Source: Daphnia carinata
Lineage: Eukaryota
Assembly: GCF_022539665.2 (NCBI RefSeq)
Contig: NC_081333.1
Location: forward strand, 992,001 to 1,056,000
Direction of reading: 5' to 3'
Length of the DNA: 64,000 bases
In this document: positions 28,101 to 43,100 of the stretch, one piece after another
How the letters are laid out: each line of letters begins with the position of its first letter
Position numbering within the stretch: position 1 is the first letter of the stretch
Notes under the pieces: model-generated
Told to the model about the DNA's origin: nothing
The model's input: only the letters and a program-made list of their open reading frames with translations
Databases searched by the model: none
Position numbers and translations under genes: made by a program

Positions 28101-31100
28101 CGCCTTCTTTACCTTTCTTTTTTCTTTGGAGGCCATTGGGAATAAACGAGCAACAAGTCTACTGGCCCAGACGATGTGGCAAGTATAGGTCTACGATGCG
28201 GGAATTGGAAATTAAAAGAAAAAAAAAAAAAAAAAAGCCGTTTTGCTACAATTAGAGTCTCGTTTGAAGTTCAAAGACGCTTAGATCGGTCCCAGTTTAA
28301 TAGGGAGACAAACTGACGAGCACTTTAACGAAGTTGATGTAGCTTTTCGCTCCATTTTCATTTTCGGACAGTGTTTCTGGCTTAGAACTGCCATTTTCGC
28401 ATTCTTCACTTCTCAATTTTTGCATTTTCATTTCTTTTTTTTTTTTTTCCCCATCGTATAAGCATTTTCCCTGTACGACGTTGTAAAAGATTAAACGGGG
28501 GTGCGTACGAAATAAAAAGCACGAAAAAAAAAAAAAATAAATAAGAAAGACGGCAAGCTCCTCTTCGCTTTTAAAGCCCATCAGCTCTGGCGATGCGGCC
28601 GTCTTTCATTTTTTTTTTTTTTTTTGCACGGCATTCTTTGTTCGTCGCAAAGTGAAACGATGTGTATATGGCAGAAGAAGGGGGGTTCTTGTCGTCACGC
28701 CGCAGCATCCGAGTCTAATCGCATCATGTTACCGATTATGCTGTATTATAGCAGCACAGTCTTCATATGCATTCGCTATGAGTATATGGGTCTCTCGCTT
28801 CTATGTTGGCGCATATCTACGTACACACTTGAACTCTTTCTGGCAGTTTTCGCTTTTGGTTTTTTTTTTTTTTACGTTCTCGAATAACCAGAGGTGTAGG
28901 CTACATTACATTCCAACGGTTTGCCTCATGAAACATGCATTTCTTTTTTTTCTTTAAAGTTTTGCTGTTATCGAATTTTCGTTTTTTTTTTTCTTCTTTT
29001 AAAATGAGTTTTAGCTGCATGCGTAATAGTCTATAGCATGTGGCGTTTTTTTTTTTCACAACATGTCTTGTACAACCCTGGCGATGCTGTCGGTCGGGAC
29101 TCACAGTTTAATTGGCTATCTTGGAAGCAAGAATGGAAAGGAAATTACAAGTTAAGCTATAGCATTCGCGTGTATGTGTGTGCGGATGGCACAACGTTCA
29201 TTAGTTGTACTGACTGATGGGAAGTCGCACACCTTTGATGCTCAATTTCGAAATTCAGTGACCAGTTTCACCCGATGATGTTTCACAAAACAACAGGATG
29301 AAATAAGAGAGATGTAGGCTAAGTCATTTGATGAAGTAACAATACGCTTTGTCTAACGCACTTGTGAAATTACACATGCAAGCATTTGATTTAACGAGAG
29401 GTCCGCTTCTAACAGATACCCACCCAACACATATGGCTGACGATCAACATTCAAAAAGTCCGAAATGAAGATGCCATAAAAGAGACGCTTTAATTAGCCC
29501 GATGGGGGACGCAAAAAAAAAAAAATAAAATAAAATAAAATGAAATAAGGAAGAGGCATTATTATGCCAGTGGCTCGTTGTCGAGGTTCTCGTTAAGATC
29601 TTTGTATATTGTTCCGGCCGTAGGAGTGGTGAAGTTTCTTAGCACTTGAGCAACGTCTTCTCATCTCAGCCGGCTATAACGTCATGTCAGTGTGTAACGT
29701 ATCACTTGGGGGCTACGTCCAATGCAATACGTCTCCACGTCATCCTCTTTTTTTTTTTTTTTTTTCTTATTCTATACACAAGAATCGACACGTAAAACTT
29801 CATCCATGTCATTATATAGGCTACTCAGTGCCGATAACGAGTGGTGGGTGTGCAAAAGGTGAACGTGTCAAACTGACTTTTCTAAAATGAAGAAAGTGAT
29901 TTATCCCCTCCTTTATTTTTTTTTTTTTTGTCCACGTAAATCAGTGGCATCCAATTAGGATTACGCTTTACGTATTGAAGAGGAAGAGCCTACAAAATGT
30001 GTGTCACACGAGGCAGCAGGGATTCTTTAATGGAGCGAGTTTTACCAGCAGAACAAACTAAGATATCAATAACAATAAAAACGCGTGCACTTACTAAGGT
30101 AAGTGAAACGAAGCAAAAAACGAAAAGTGGGGGCAACAACAAAACTGGGAGCTATCTAATAGGCCAAATAAGAAAAAGCTAAAGTAGAAAAAAAAAAAAA
30201 AAAAAAGGAAATTACTTTCCTTATATTTCTTTTGGGAGCTTGATACTTTGATCCGCAACTCATAGAGCATCAGATCCCAGCCACAAAAACACGGGGAACA
30301 AACAGCCACTTTCCTATCACAGCACCCAACGCCCCACGAAAACGTGGCTTTCATGAAGAAACGTATTTCGGTTACCGTGTGCGTTCAGCCAACGAATCCT
30401 CACTTTGCGGAGGGAGAGGGGGAGGGGGACTCTTTGGTATGAAACGGAAGAGCTGAGCGTCAGCAAAGAGTTGCCATCTGTTCTTATATCAATCGTCTAT
30501 ACGATGGTGTGATGTAAGAAAAAAAGGATCGCTACTGATACGTGGGTGGAACGAAGCGCAAAGTGAGTTCCACGTCATATTTTCTGGAACGATATCAAAG
30601 ATCGACGAAGGGATATTGCAAAATTTCGGCGCAAAAAAAAACAAAAAAAAAACAATTGATGGCTTTTAAAAATCATTGATCTTCTTCAAGTTTCAGCCAG
30701 TGAAAAATCCTACCGAGGTAGTAATTTCATAAACGAGATCGGTATCAATCATTTAAGGCTACACGAGAAAAAAAACGTAGCCTACATATCAAGAGTTGTC
30801 TGTATGACACCACGATATCCTTTGGGGGCCAACCCGTTTTGGATATTAAACTGACCGACAAAGCCGGAAGGGGTTTCTCTTTTGCGCTTCGCATTTATAG
30901 CCAACTCGTTCTGCTATTGTATACTGCCCAATAGTTTGACGGCCATATCCAATGGTAGGATATATATATATGTATAAGGCAATAGTGTCAACAGCTAAAA
31001 AATAAAAAAAAAAAAAAAAAAAGAGAGGAAAACGTTTGTAACTTGTCGCCTCTAGGACAATAAGTTATAGGATACATATGAAAGAGTTCCTTCTCTTTTT

Positions 31101-34100
31101 TGGCGGTACTATTCGCATCGGGAACGGTTTCGCAGCCGGTAATGAAACGGAGGGAGGTTCGTTTATACTTCATATATGAGCATACATATATAGACAAACA
31201 AAAAAAAAAAAGAGGACTAGACATAGGAGGACCTATAAGATTGTAAAAAAAAAAAAAAGCGAGAGTAAGATGGTACCTCTAGGTCGTAGTCCCATGGGGT
31301 GTAAGAGAATTGCATCGTCGGCATAAAAACATTGGCCTGCATCCAGCGGATGAAGAGCTCTCTGTCCGGCAAGACTGTATTGTATCCATTGCCGCCGATC
31401 ATGTCTGGCAGAACAAAAGGATAACCTTCAAGGCCGAATTGCAAGAGGGTAGGAATCAGAGTAGCCAATTGTTATCATTTAAAGGGCGATTCATTAGGAT
31501 TTGCTGCTCATTTTTGACATTTCGAAATATGAATTTTGATGGGTTTTACCAGTCCGTTAGCTTTGCCCCATGCCGTGCTTTTGTCCAGCATCCCTTGCAA
31601 TTCATTTAATAAAATGGAATGATTGTACTATTGTAGTATATAGTACATTGAAGAAATATATACGTACGGGTGAAAATGGGTACGTCTTGGGCAGCCCAAC
31701 CAGTTCGCACTTCCGTCATGCCGCCGAAACGTTCCATTGTCCTCACGTAAGCCGTTGAGTAACCGTTGGGTGTGGCGTTGGTTGGCAACCGGCTGGAAAA
31801 ATCAAAGCCGCTAGGCAACCAGTTGGTTTCGCCAGCGTCAATCTTGAAACCATCGAAACCAAAGTCCGTCTTCAGTTTGAAAATGCGCGCCGACCACCAA
31901 TCTCCTGAGCTTGGCCGCGTGAAATCAAAGTAGCCGGCCAAGTTTCCTTGCCACCAGCTGGTCAATGCCGGAAGTCCTTCAGTATACAGGGAGAAGGCAG
32001 GTTTTTAATTATTCCCATTTCACATTTTTGATCGTAAGATTGCCATGTTTATTATCCCACACACCGTTAGCGTCGCTCACAACATGTGCGCTGGCTTCCG
32101 AAAACGAAGCGCATTCTACGTTGATGAAAGGATGGATCCATAATGTAACTCTGAAGCCCTGCGCAAATTGTACATTTATTTCATAAAAAAACAGTGTGTG
32201 AGATTATTAAATAAGAAACAAAACAAACAATGAAAGCGGATCGATGTTGTAGATGAAATCAAGCGCTCACAGGGACATATTACTGGCCAACTTCTTTTAT
32301 TTTGGGGGGGGGGGAGAGGGAGTGGCTAACTTTCGTGTACAGATATATGATGGATATGTTCTGCAGTCCAACAGACATGGTGTGCGTATAGTCTTCTGTA
32401 TTGGCGCATCAGCTGTTAATAAGGAGAAGAGATGAATTCAAAAGAAACCACTCGTAAGGAGGCAAAAAAAAAAATGAAATAGAAGAAAAAAAAAACGATA
32501 AGAAGTAAAGTAATAGAAAATCAGTGACTTTGTGCAGAAGACGGAGGGAGAGCAGGAAAACGCAGTGACTTGAGGAGAAAAAGTTTTTTAAGAAACTATC
32601 TGCGCGTGGTATAGATTAGGCGCGTAACGAGCGTAGATTTTGGGAGAAAAAAAAAAAAAAAAAAAGGAAAAGAAACTCAGTGATAACGTCAGCCGCCTGT
32701 CCGATTCTATTGCTGTTACCATCGCCTCTCAACATCACAGTGTTTTGTTTTTCTTTTCGGCCTCGTTGTTATCTCATTACGCTGCCAAGCGCATTATAAA
32801 GGATTCAGCGAGTAGCCTTTTCGGCTCAACTTCAACTTATACAGAACAAGGCTCGGACTTTCGCACGGCAAAAAAAAAAAAAATCAAATAAAAATAAAAC
32901 AAGTTGGGTCGGGAATTGATGGATTACCAGCGAGCAAATGAGAGCAGAGCGTGTGATACAGAAAAAAAAAATAAATAAAGAAAGGAACGTTTGTCTTTGC
33001 AAGAAAACAAGACATAAAAGGGGAACATGGTAGCCTAATACTGTGCCAATGCAATTGCACTTAAGAGTCGAGTAGTACTATGTATAAAAATAATGCGATA
33101 TATTTCTTCATTCACTTATCAACGTCTTTCGCTGCCATCCGTTTCGGCGGAAGCTTGATCAGCAAGGCTTTCCGGTGTTGTTCATCCTTGTATTTCTAAG
33201 CGATCTGTATATTATATGGGTTTGCCGAATTCACAACTTGATGGTTCCACCCCTATAAAAGCAAATTTGTTTGTTTGTTTTTTTTTCGGCGGCCCACCCT
33301 ACAAACTGACGTCAAGAAAAGTCGCACCCAACAACCAACCTCAAAACCAACCAACTGTGAGATGACGTTGGTGCCTTCAAAGGGCTAATTGCGTCAACGG
33401 CATCGATCAGCAGAATCACAGACCAAGTCGCAACGTAACGTATTCTTTTTTTTTTTGTTCAACTTATTAGCCAATCACGTCGTTTTTGCGAAGAACTTTT
33501 TTGGCCAGGTACAAGATGGGCAATAGCTTCTGTTTGAGCTTTCCTGGGCAGCTATAGAAGTTCCAGGAGAGTTTTGTGGTTCAACTAAAAGGGAGAAATC
33601 AATGGCCGTAGGGGACAAGTATCGATTCTTACTTGACTGTGTAGCTGATTGACCATAGCAGCCGGATCGGGAAACTTGTCCGCATCAAACTGGTGCTCAC
33701 CATAGCTGAATAATAAAACAATCGTATTACAAATAGCCATCATAATCTGGTTCTCTGGCATATATCTTAATTTTTTCTAACTCACCAAGATTCCCAACGG
33801 TCATCGATTTCCAGTTGGCTGTCGTTGAATCCGTACTGGCGGATCTGTGCGGCGTAAGAGAGAACACGGGCTTCATTGACCAATGTCTTGTATCTTGCCC
33901 AAGTCGACCTAAATACCAAATCATTAATTATGTTACAAAACAAATTAAAGCATAATCATTAATAAACAGAAGTTCCCCCCCCCCCCAAAAAAAAAAAAAA
34001 AATAAATAATAATTCGTACCAGATGGGATGCTCAAACACGCGTTGGTCAGGCGTGTCACGTGGTTTGGACCAGAAGCCTTGTGACAAAGCGAGGAGGTGC

Positions 34101-37100
34101 ATTGATTTGACATCGCTAGTCGAGCAGACGAAATAACGAAGACCAAGTTCTTGACCGACAATCGGCCTCGGGTACGGGAATTCGTAACGAGACTTGAGAC
34201 ACAGCTGATGATCTCCCGAGCTGTTCCAGCTGACAAACAACGGATTCTCACGCAGGGCGTAAAAACCGAAACCATCCGTGTTGATCCAGTAAGGTTCGAG
34301 CACGCCGGCGAAATCATTGTGAAAGAAATCACCCGTCACGTACGGAACGTCAGGCCGACCACCGTCTCCCATCAATGCCGTGTCTCCATCAATGGGCCAG
34401 CTCTGATCGAAAACCTCGCCTCCGCCGTACCAGTGAGATTGACCCATATCAAAACAGTCCTATTTATTAAAAATCGATGAATTTAAATTAGTTTCCTCTT
34501 TTATTTTTTATTTTTTGAAACAGTTTCCATGACACACTTCGTATTCCGTGCGTCTATAAAATGGATTCATGGTAGGAATGAAATGTCGTGCAACTGGACA
34601 GATACGGACGGTATATGTATAGCTTTCCGTAGAAAGCCCATCCGTCACTGCCGCACGTTTTGCCCGTCCGGATGAAATAAAGTTTTTGAAAAAAAAATAA
34701 AATAAAGGAAATTCTGAACTAGCAATCGTAGGGATGACCCATTAACATGGCTTGTAATCATGAGGACTTTCCATATGCTAATGATCGATTGTTAAATGGA
34801 TTATGATGGTGTGTACGGAGTGAGGAACGAGCTACGGATGCATTTTGATAAAAAAAAAAACTAAATATAAACAGGAAAATTACCGCTAAGGAGTCAAATT
34901 GGCTCTTCCATTCGACGAAATGACACTGTCCATCGAGGGTTGGTGTCAGCGATAGCGAAGCCATACTTCCGAAGGACCAACATAAACCAGTTTGGTCGCA
35001 AGGTTCCGGCGGAGGCAAATCAGACGGAATGGATCCGGATGCGAGCACCCCCACTAGCTGCGGGCCTGTGCGAATAATTGTTATAAACACAGACCTCTAT
35101 AAATATATATATATGTATGTGTGTGTGTGTACATATTGGGGCAGAACGGCATTATGAAATATACTTGAAGAAAGCCAAATAGCATCTCGATAAAAACGCG
35201 CAAACTATACACAGCGGCATATAGGCCTACATTCCAGCGTGATGGCCAAACATAATCCCAGTCGTATATAGAGACGTCTAGTTCGTATATATATATATAT
35301 ACAGACCGTCATGCCCAGCAGGCAACGTAAAAAAAAAATAGAGAGAGAGAGAAAGGCTTTCAAACCAGGGGTATGAAAATATAAACGGATAAGAGGGAAC
35401 AGAAAAAAAAAAAATAAGGATTCCATTTTTTTTTTCTTTCTTGTCCCGCCAACACATTTCCTACACTTTTGGGGGGGGGGGGATAGTTCTCTCTTTCTAT
35501 CGTGATCCGATCTCTCAATCCTGTAGCTTCATGGCAGACTAGTCTATGACTCTAAGAAATATGTCATAAATAAATAGAAAGAAAAAAAAAAAAACAGACC
35601 ACCCACCGAAGACTCGGAGCTGGCTGAATGTTGAGCCAAAAGCATCATCAAAGAAAGATTGTAATAGTTCCTGGGAGTTTGGGATATTAGCCCGACAGCA
35701 CACTAACCACAAACCCAAGTTGGGGTTTCTGTTTTTGTTTTTTTCTGCTCTTTCTACTAGCTTCTGTTTTGCTGTACAACTATAGTTCCCTCCACATTTT
35801 GACGAATGGTTTCTCTCGCTATAGTCTCTTGAATGATAGCCTGTCTTCGTGTAAACGTTAGCATCTCTCCCAAAATAGCAATGGCGGGGACTATTCGTTG
35901 TACATAAATCTAGGTTTGTTTTTTTTGTTGTTTTATCGTTCGTTGGACACAAAAACTGGCTAGTAGTCATCGTTGTAGCACATCACTCTCGTCTCTTTCT
36001 CATTCGGAAACCTTCCTCCATTTGAATTTCTTCGTTTGATGAGGGATGTCTTGGCCACAGTATCATTTCAGTTTGAGCTTTACAATCTGCAACATTTCAC
36101 AGATTGACAAAGACCGTCGTTGGACCAATGATGAAACGTAGTGTATGCACAGAATATCAAACGTACTCCACAGTTTCATTCGATCAATAATTTTAATGAA
36201 TCGGCCAGCTTGACTATAATCTCTCCAGTTGACATTGAACATGTATGATTGCTTGTTAAATGAGAAAGCCTCATGTCTAAAAGGAGGCGCTTTTCCCTGA
36301 AAGTCGGTAATCGACATGCGCAATAGTTACATTTTTAATCATTTTTTTTCTTTTTTTCAAAAAGGAGAATCATTAATTTCAAATCCTTGCATTCGGTTTT
36401 TATTAGTTTGTACTTTGTCTTACATCCCTTTTGTCTAATAGCAAAATCGAAAATCCGCTTGGTTATATTGCAATTTTAATGTAGAATTTGTTTTGTTTTT
36501 ACATTGGACTATATAAGAATATGGCGTTCTTGACGTCTTCATTTGAAAATGAGAAGCACAACAGGATGGGAAAAAAAAAAAGGAAAAAGAGTTCGTGAGC
36601 AACTCACAAAGACCTCCGGCTGTGGCTGCAATACGGACACATGCAAACTACTGTCTAGGCATAGGCAAACAAAGCTGGAAAAGAACTACTATACTTCTTT
36701 TATTTGCGCTCATATCCTATACTATAGAAGTTGTGGTTAGTCGATTGGTGTTGTTTGCGTTTTCCCTTCTAACTTAGCTTTTATTCTGCTGTTTTGGCTG
36801 GCTGTTAGGCTTTTGTTTCACCCTATTTTATTTTATTTTTTTTTTTTTTTGCCTTTCCTTTACGAAATTTGATACTAAACTTGATATGTTCAACGTGCTG
36901 AACTATTTCATTTTTTTTTTCACTCGATTCACTTTTGTATAGCGGACTTGCAAAGGGCATACGACGTGTGAGTAGAATAATAAGAGAAAATAGAAGCACA
37001 AACCGAGATGAAAAGCCTTTTCGTTCAGATGGTGAAGTTGCACAATAGGCATTAACGAGCTTATCAGCATAGATAGGCTGCTATGCGGTACTCCCACTGT

Positions 37101-40100
37101 CTTCTTGACTCCGACATGCCCCCCTTTTTCACTTTTTGTAAGCTTTTCGGGCGTTTTCTTGTCTGCTTTATAGGTCTACTTCTCTACCAGGTTTTTATGG
37201 GAAATCTATTTTTTTTTTTTAACCGAACTTTTCAATCCGCTATCGAGTCCCACATATATCGCCAAAACTTCGCCCTTCTTTATATATCGCCAAAACTTCG
37301 CCCTTCTTTATATATCGCCAACCTCCATTCTTTCTCCCCTTTTAATTCTATTCTATATCTATTTTTAAAAAAGGGCTGGGCATTCTTGAGATGACGCCAA
37401 ACTCTGCCACAGTATATGACATTTTTGTTGTTTTCTCTGTGTCGTTTTCCTCTTCTTGCTTTGTGCCGTCGTATCGCACATGTCCCGACCTGTATTAACG
37501 CACTGCGCAACTATGTACCTTTTGTGTACAATTTCCAGGAACAGTTTGCTTTTTTTCTCGAGTTGTTTGCTATACACTGCATCTTTGCATTTCTACTCCT
37601 TCAAACAAATTGAGTTGTCTGCAAACTCTACGGCCACGTTGGGGGCGATGGGGAACGGACAATTTCCCATATACGCAGGCTGGCCCGGCGAATGTTTCTT
37701 ATACACAATAGAGGACGCCTTATTTGCTGGCGGTCTACGAGGAAAGTTCAAAAAACGTGTGGGCGTCACTATGTCCCCCATACGAACGTATTGACGCTTC
37801 ATTTTTAGACGTAACAATCATTTTTTTTTTTTTGCCTTTTTTAAGGTACAGTTTTTTTATTCTTCTTTGCGCTTTTCAGTTTTGAGAAATGGTCGTGCAT
37901 TTTGGGGTCAATACAATGCACGTCGTCTTGAACCGTTTATTTATTTATTTATTATTTTTTTTTTTTTTGACAGATGTATTCTGCTGCGCACGTTCGAAAC
38001 ATTGTCAGCAAATCTGAATGGCTTTCCACGTGGAGGAATTTATGATTCAACTTTGTTCGTCTTGCGGTGCGGCGGAAACGAGAATTTACTTGCGTTCCGT
38101 GTGATAATAAATGTATTTACAGCGGTTTTTTTTTTCGCATACAGTTTTAGCCCCCCCCCCCCCTACACACACACACCCCCCAAAAAATGGAATTTATTAT
38201 GCAATATCTTTTTACTGGTTTTACTCTTATTTAATTGTATCTTACGGTGCAATATTTCTAATCTAAGTTCGGTGCGGCTAAGATGGTTTCATCAGTTCCG
38301 CCTCCAAAAAGCAAAATGTATGCGCGTTTTTCTTCGCGAGTTTAGGCTACACGCAACACAAATTTAATAGTGGAATCCAATTCAGTACGGAAATCGAATC
38401 ATATTTGGGCGGGTTTACTGTATAATGACACGAGACTTGGTTACACCAGGCGTGACGTGCAAATGTCCTGCCGAGTTTTCCTGTCGGCCGCGGATTGCAT
38501 AAATCGACTTTGTGGGCCTCCTCACGCATTTAAAATTGGACGTAACTCGCAAAGGTTTCATATCATATGGTAATTGACGCTATAATGATTATATTGGTCC
38601 GCTACACTCGTCACACGGTCAATTACATTAGAGCTTAGGGCACTGTGACTTTCAAAAGTCACCCAAAGAAAAAGCATTCGCTTACGTTCCTGCTCTCGCA
38701 CGCAGAAATACGAATTAAGTTGTACTCGTCACTTCTAACGTGGCTTTAAACAGTTATTTGCATAAACCATGAGACCAGGTAGCTCTTAGAAAATATTCCT
38801 TTTCTTTTTTTTTTTTGCTCTATACTGTGCGTTGTAAACTTAAACGTATCTATAACAATCTGAGACTTGACAGTGAAATTTAAACCATTATCCCTGAAAG
38901 TATTTAGGTTTAAAAACTACAATCAGATGATAGCAACTAGAGCTGTGCCATAATTAACACGCATAAACAGAAAATTAGTTTTTAGAAAAGCCTCAGTTGG
39001 GAATCGTCATGTAGAGTACCACTCCCCAACGTTCTAATGCTAAGCATATCGCTGTAAGGCAGTTTATCTTGAAATAGTTGTTTTAGCCATTGGAAAACTT
39101 AAGAAACCATAGTCCTAAAACGAATGTCACACAATACGGCTGTCACTAAGCGCTTCTCGCGATGGATAGGTGTAACCTAGCAAGTTTTACGGCAGCAAGA
39201 AATAAAGCGAACCCCCCGAAAGGGCGTACGTATGAATGTTCTTAATTGACATTTATTGCAGCAACTTGTGTTAAAGGGCATAGAAACATCGCCAACAAGT
39301 AGTTATGAGGGAAAAGGTTTCGAACTAACAAGCGTTAAAGCCATCAGTCGTTGTTGGGAATCCTTTGCAATATTGATGCAATCCATCGAAGCAAAACATC
39401 GAGCATTAACTAGCTGTTAGACTTCCTTGGCTGCCACAACTCTTTCCGTGTGCTTAAGAATTCATTCCAGTACCTTTCTAGTTTACGTTCGGTTGTCTTG
39501 ACTCGTTAAGTTTTTTTTCTTGCATAATTCCCTTCGTTATAAGCGGAGGATTTAACAGCTAACAACTTGCCGCCACTTCATATCGTGGAAGACGTAAATA
39601 AATCCGAATGCGTTTTTATCGACTATGTTTATGGACTTTCTGAACCCAAACTCGTTTGGTGTTTTCGCGTTCAATAAAATAAACAGCAGCTATGCTGTCT
39701 GTTGATTATGCATTGGCTGTCAGGACGGCGACAGTCGTATACTTATCCCTGTTGGGAACAGAGATTAGCTTTTTGTTGGGTGCAAAACTCAGGTAGAGCT
39801 TGTTGTGTGTGTGCATGTCAAACGTCGTGTTTGTTTGATTGCGTGGATATAGCTATAGCAAGCATAACGTGACCGTATATACGTAACAGTTGACAAACAG
39901 CTAATACGGAATTAGTTCGACTATTTTTCGACAAAAACAAACAAGAAGCGATGATCGATCGTTTTAGTTCGTTCATGTAAAAAGCATAATGTTTGATCGT
40001 TGTTGCTGTACCTTGTTCCGATTGGTAAACAAAGTCGAAGCCGTTCCCGTTCCAGACGACCGTCAATGACGTCTGTTTGGATCCTCCGCCGATGGCGACA

Positions 40101-40183
40101 TCTGATTGTAGAATATCCGTGTGAGCAAATGAGGACGCAGCCAGAATGGCGACCAATAAACCTGCACACAAAAGCATCGGCAT
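25101..40183 (-). CDS. MYORG: Glycoside hydrolase family 31, MYORG/KIAA1161 (tobi-like) glycosidase, ~661 aa, with N-terminal signal peptide
   Basis: Twelve exons in minus order: 40012-40183, 34884-35065, 34020-34459, 33786-33908, 33633-33705, 32065-32158, 31668-31976, 31550-31593, 31277-31465, 27047-27203, 25279-25359, 25101-25222. Total 1986 nt, in phase. Motifs: HWYGGGE, PIWSTWARYK, QLEIDDRWE.CYG, GFRVTLWIHPF, FKIDAGE (nucleophile), RMLDK (acid/base), LPDMIGGNGY, RPLWWIDP, LVAPVL. Intron 8 ends in TG (see findings). Confidence 0.92.
37254..37321. repeat. 28-bp tandem repeat, ~2.4 copies (atatatcgccaaaacttcgcccttcttt), in GH31 intron 1
   Basis: Two perfect units plus a partial third, read directly. 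Confidence 0.9.
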
Positions 40184-43100
40184 TGTCAGTTGATTTCTAG
40201 GCTATTAAATAGGAAGCAGTTACGTAACGCCACTTACCGCATCGGGTCATCATTGCCGTATAGAGTTTCAATGGAAATGATTTACCAAATCGGCGATGTA
40301 TGAGAACGAGACGCTAACAGAATAACGGGGAGCTGAAAGGAGAGTATCCAGACAGCCAAGTAATAGAAAAGAGAATGAAAAAAAGTGAAATTTTGCGATA
40401 CGCACAAATTAAAAAAAAAAAAAAAAAGGAATTCAAGTCGCACCCAAAGAAACTAGCGGGCGCTTTCGTATCAACTGAGCGAGATAAGCGCTTGAAAAGC
40501 CGGACACAAGCCGGACAGACGTTGGCGAGATAGCGTCCCTTGTGTCAATAATGAAACTTCTCGCCTATTTCAGACTTCGTCTACACACGTCTGGATGAAA
40601 ATCTAGAGCCGCGTCATTTTTTTCTAATGAAATTGCGAGCACCGCATGTTAAATAGCAAGAAAAAACGAAGAGAGGGGGTCCAGTGATTTGCCGTTGATA
40701 ATTGCAGGGCAAAAGATTGCCTTGAAAATGGGACAAACTGCATCTAAAAGACCCGAAATGAAATGCAGAGTGTGTAATTTCGTAAAGAGAGAAAAAAAGC
40801 GAATCTTTTGGCTCCACTTATAACGAGTATGCTCATTAGGTGTCACGGGGGGCAAAGCTGGACATTCAAAGGTCCCGAGATGCTATCTAGTCAGTCCAAC
40901 CTGAACAACGTCACGGACGCTTCATCTCTAGACAAACTTCATTACGCGGTGTATAGAGCTGCAGAATGTCCGTAAGTTGACGTGACTTGTTACGTCTTAT
41001 GAACGCCAACGTCTCACTTGACGCTTAGACATTAAGTACAGGCTGTGGGGGGCTCTTGTATAACGTGTCCCAATTCAAGTTTTGCGACCAAAACACGCCA
41101 GCGGTAATCCACGATTACGAGACATGTGGGGGCCAACTGGCTTCATCCAATGTACACAACACACCTGGTTTCGAGAGCCAGTAGTCGTTAACTTTACGTG
41201 CAAAACTGGGTGAAAGAAAAAAGGACAACTAACCAACAGTATAAGGCGGTGCACAGGCGTGCTGTTGAATATGCCATTAAGGCATGTCATTAACATTGCC
41301 AGTACAGCGAAAGGTTCGCTTTTCTTTGAAGAGTACATAAAGAACGTTTGGAGTGCTGCTTTCAGCGGATTTAAGATTGTCGGTTTTCTCCTGAAACAAG
41401 GATTATTTTTGCTTGCTTTGCTTCGTATTATTGCAGGCTACGCCAAGAGTGACCCATTTTTAGGCCTCTGCTGTTCATCGTTCTTCTACGTGTAGACTAG
41501 AAAATCAATGAATTTTTTTAATCGCTACCATTCTTATAAAGATAAAGAATCCTTCCTTAAAAAATTCTTGATAAGTTTCACATACTTTTTGATGTAAATG
41601 TAGGGGCCTTTTTTTCCATTAAGAGCTCCATTGATTATTACAGGTGCGGTGGAGCGCCTAGGCTTTGAGTTAAACGTAAAAATTGCTGTAACAACATGTT
41701 TGTGTTTACACGGTGTCAGACACAAAGTAACATTTAAGGAAGGCTATTTGAGAACTCGTGGCATGTAGCATTGTCTGTCGAACTTTTGTATTCAACTGCC
41801 TATTTGTTTTTGTTTTTTTCGTTCTTTTCTTTTCTTTGTTTTGTTTTTTTTTTTTTGGTTAGAAATGCGGAATCAGATAACTAGCCCACCTGCTCAAAAT
41901 GGGGAAGCGTGTAGAAGTTTCCAAGGAAAACCCAAAAACGATATTGGGTGGATACACTTTTTTTTTTGAGAGGCTACATTGAACGTCGGCCAATAACAGG
42001 AGATGAGTATAAGAAAAAATGTAGGAAAAAAAAAATGAAAGTAATGCGGATAAAAAAAAAAATAAATAAAAATGATCAAAGTGCGTGATACACGCTATAA
42101 GTTGGATGAAACCAATGCATTGTGTACCTTAGCATTTATGGCAAGCTCTTTTAGACGTCCACCGTGTTCGTTTTTTTTTACCCCAACTTATTATAGAACT
42201 TTCCGCGGTAGGCGTATATTCACGCAAACGGTTTATTATCGTGCTTAGGAAACGCCGCTTTTTCAGCTCTTACAGCGATCCAACTGCCGTCTGGTGGCCG
42301 TGCTAACAATGCAACAAAACGCTAAGATTTAGCACGCTTCGTAAGAATGTAGTCACAATGTTTAAATATAGTCTAATCTAAGGGAGAGGGCGGATGAAGA
42401 CGGTAACGAAAGGAAGCGACAGAGCCTTTAACATGTTCCCATCGCGTAACAAGCGAGACAAGAAGAATCCCAGGCGACGATATCTTTAAGCAGCCTGTCC
42501 TATTTTTTTTTTTTCACTTCGTTTTTTGTATCACGCTCACGCGGTATGTGTGTATAGCTATAGCTATGATTAGCGCGAAGCGTGAAACAACAATAAAACC
42601 CCATCGCTGGTCTCTCTTGTGCGACTGACGTCAGTTGACACACGGAAGCTTTACATTCTCGATATGCTTTCAGCAATCCTGCATTCTCATTTTCTTATCT
42701 TTCTATCAATGAGAAGGGTGTTCTCCGGCGTAGGTCGACTGGAACGTAATGACGTAGCATAGACACCCACTTGCAGAATTGGTTGTGTGGTTCAACGTAT
42801 CTCGCTTTTCATCCGCCGTTGCTGATGAGTTTTCGTCAACGTCTTTTGGCATCGCTGGGTACGAACGCTGCGGAATGAAGAACAAGATGAAGATAGGCAA
42901 AGACAAAGAGATCTGACTAGAGGTAACGACCCAATCTCATTTCGGCCTCCTTTTTCTCGTTGAGACTGAATACTAGTTGCGGCCGTAAGCGAATCAGAGC
43001 TCACGTCATTCGTCGTTTCTGTCCCCCGCATTCAAGAACGAGTCCCTGGACGTCCGTTGAAAATTCGTCGTCGCAAAGGTCGTAGAAAAGAAACGAGAAG

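Noticed and set aside
31310..34480. Plus-strand ORFs at 31310-31609, 31965-32186 and 34151-34480
   Set aside because: Antisense shadows of GH31 coding exons.
42706..43031. Minus-strand ORFs between GH31 and endophilin A
   Set aside because: Short with no homology signal; at most UTR or lncRNA sequence.
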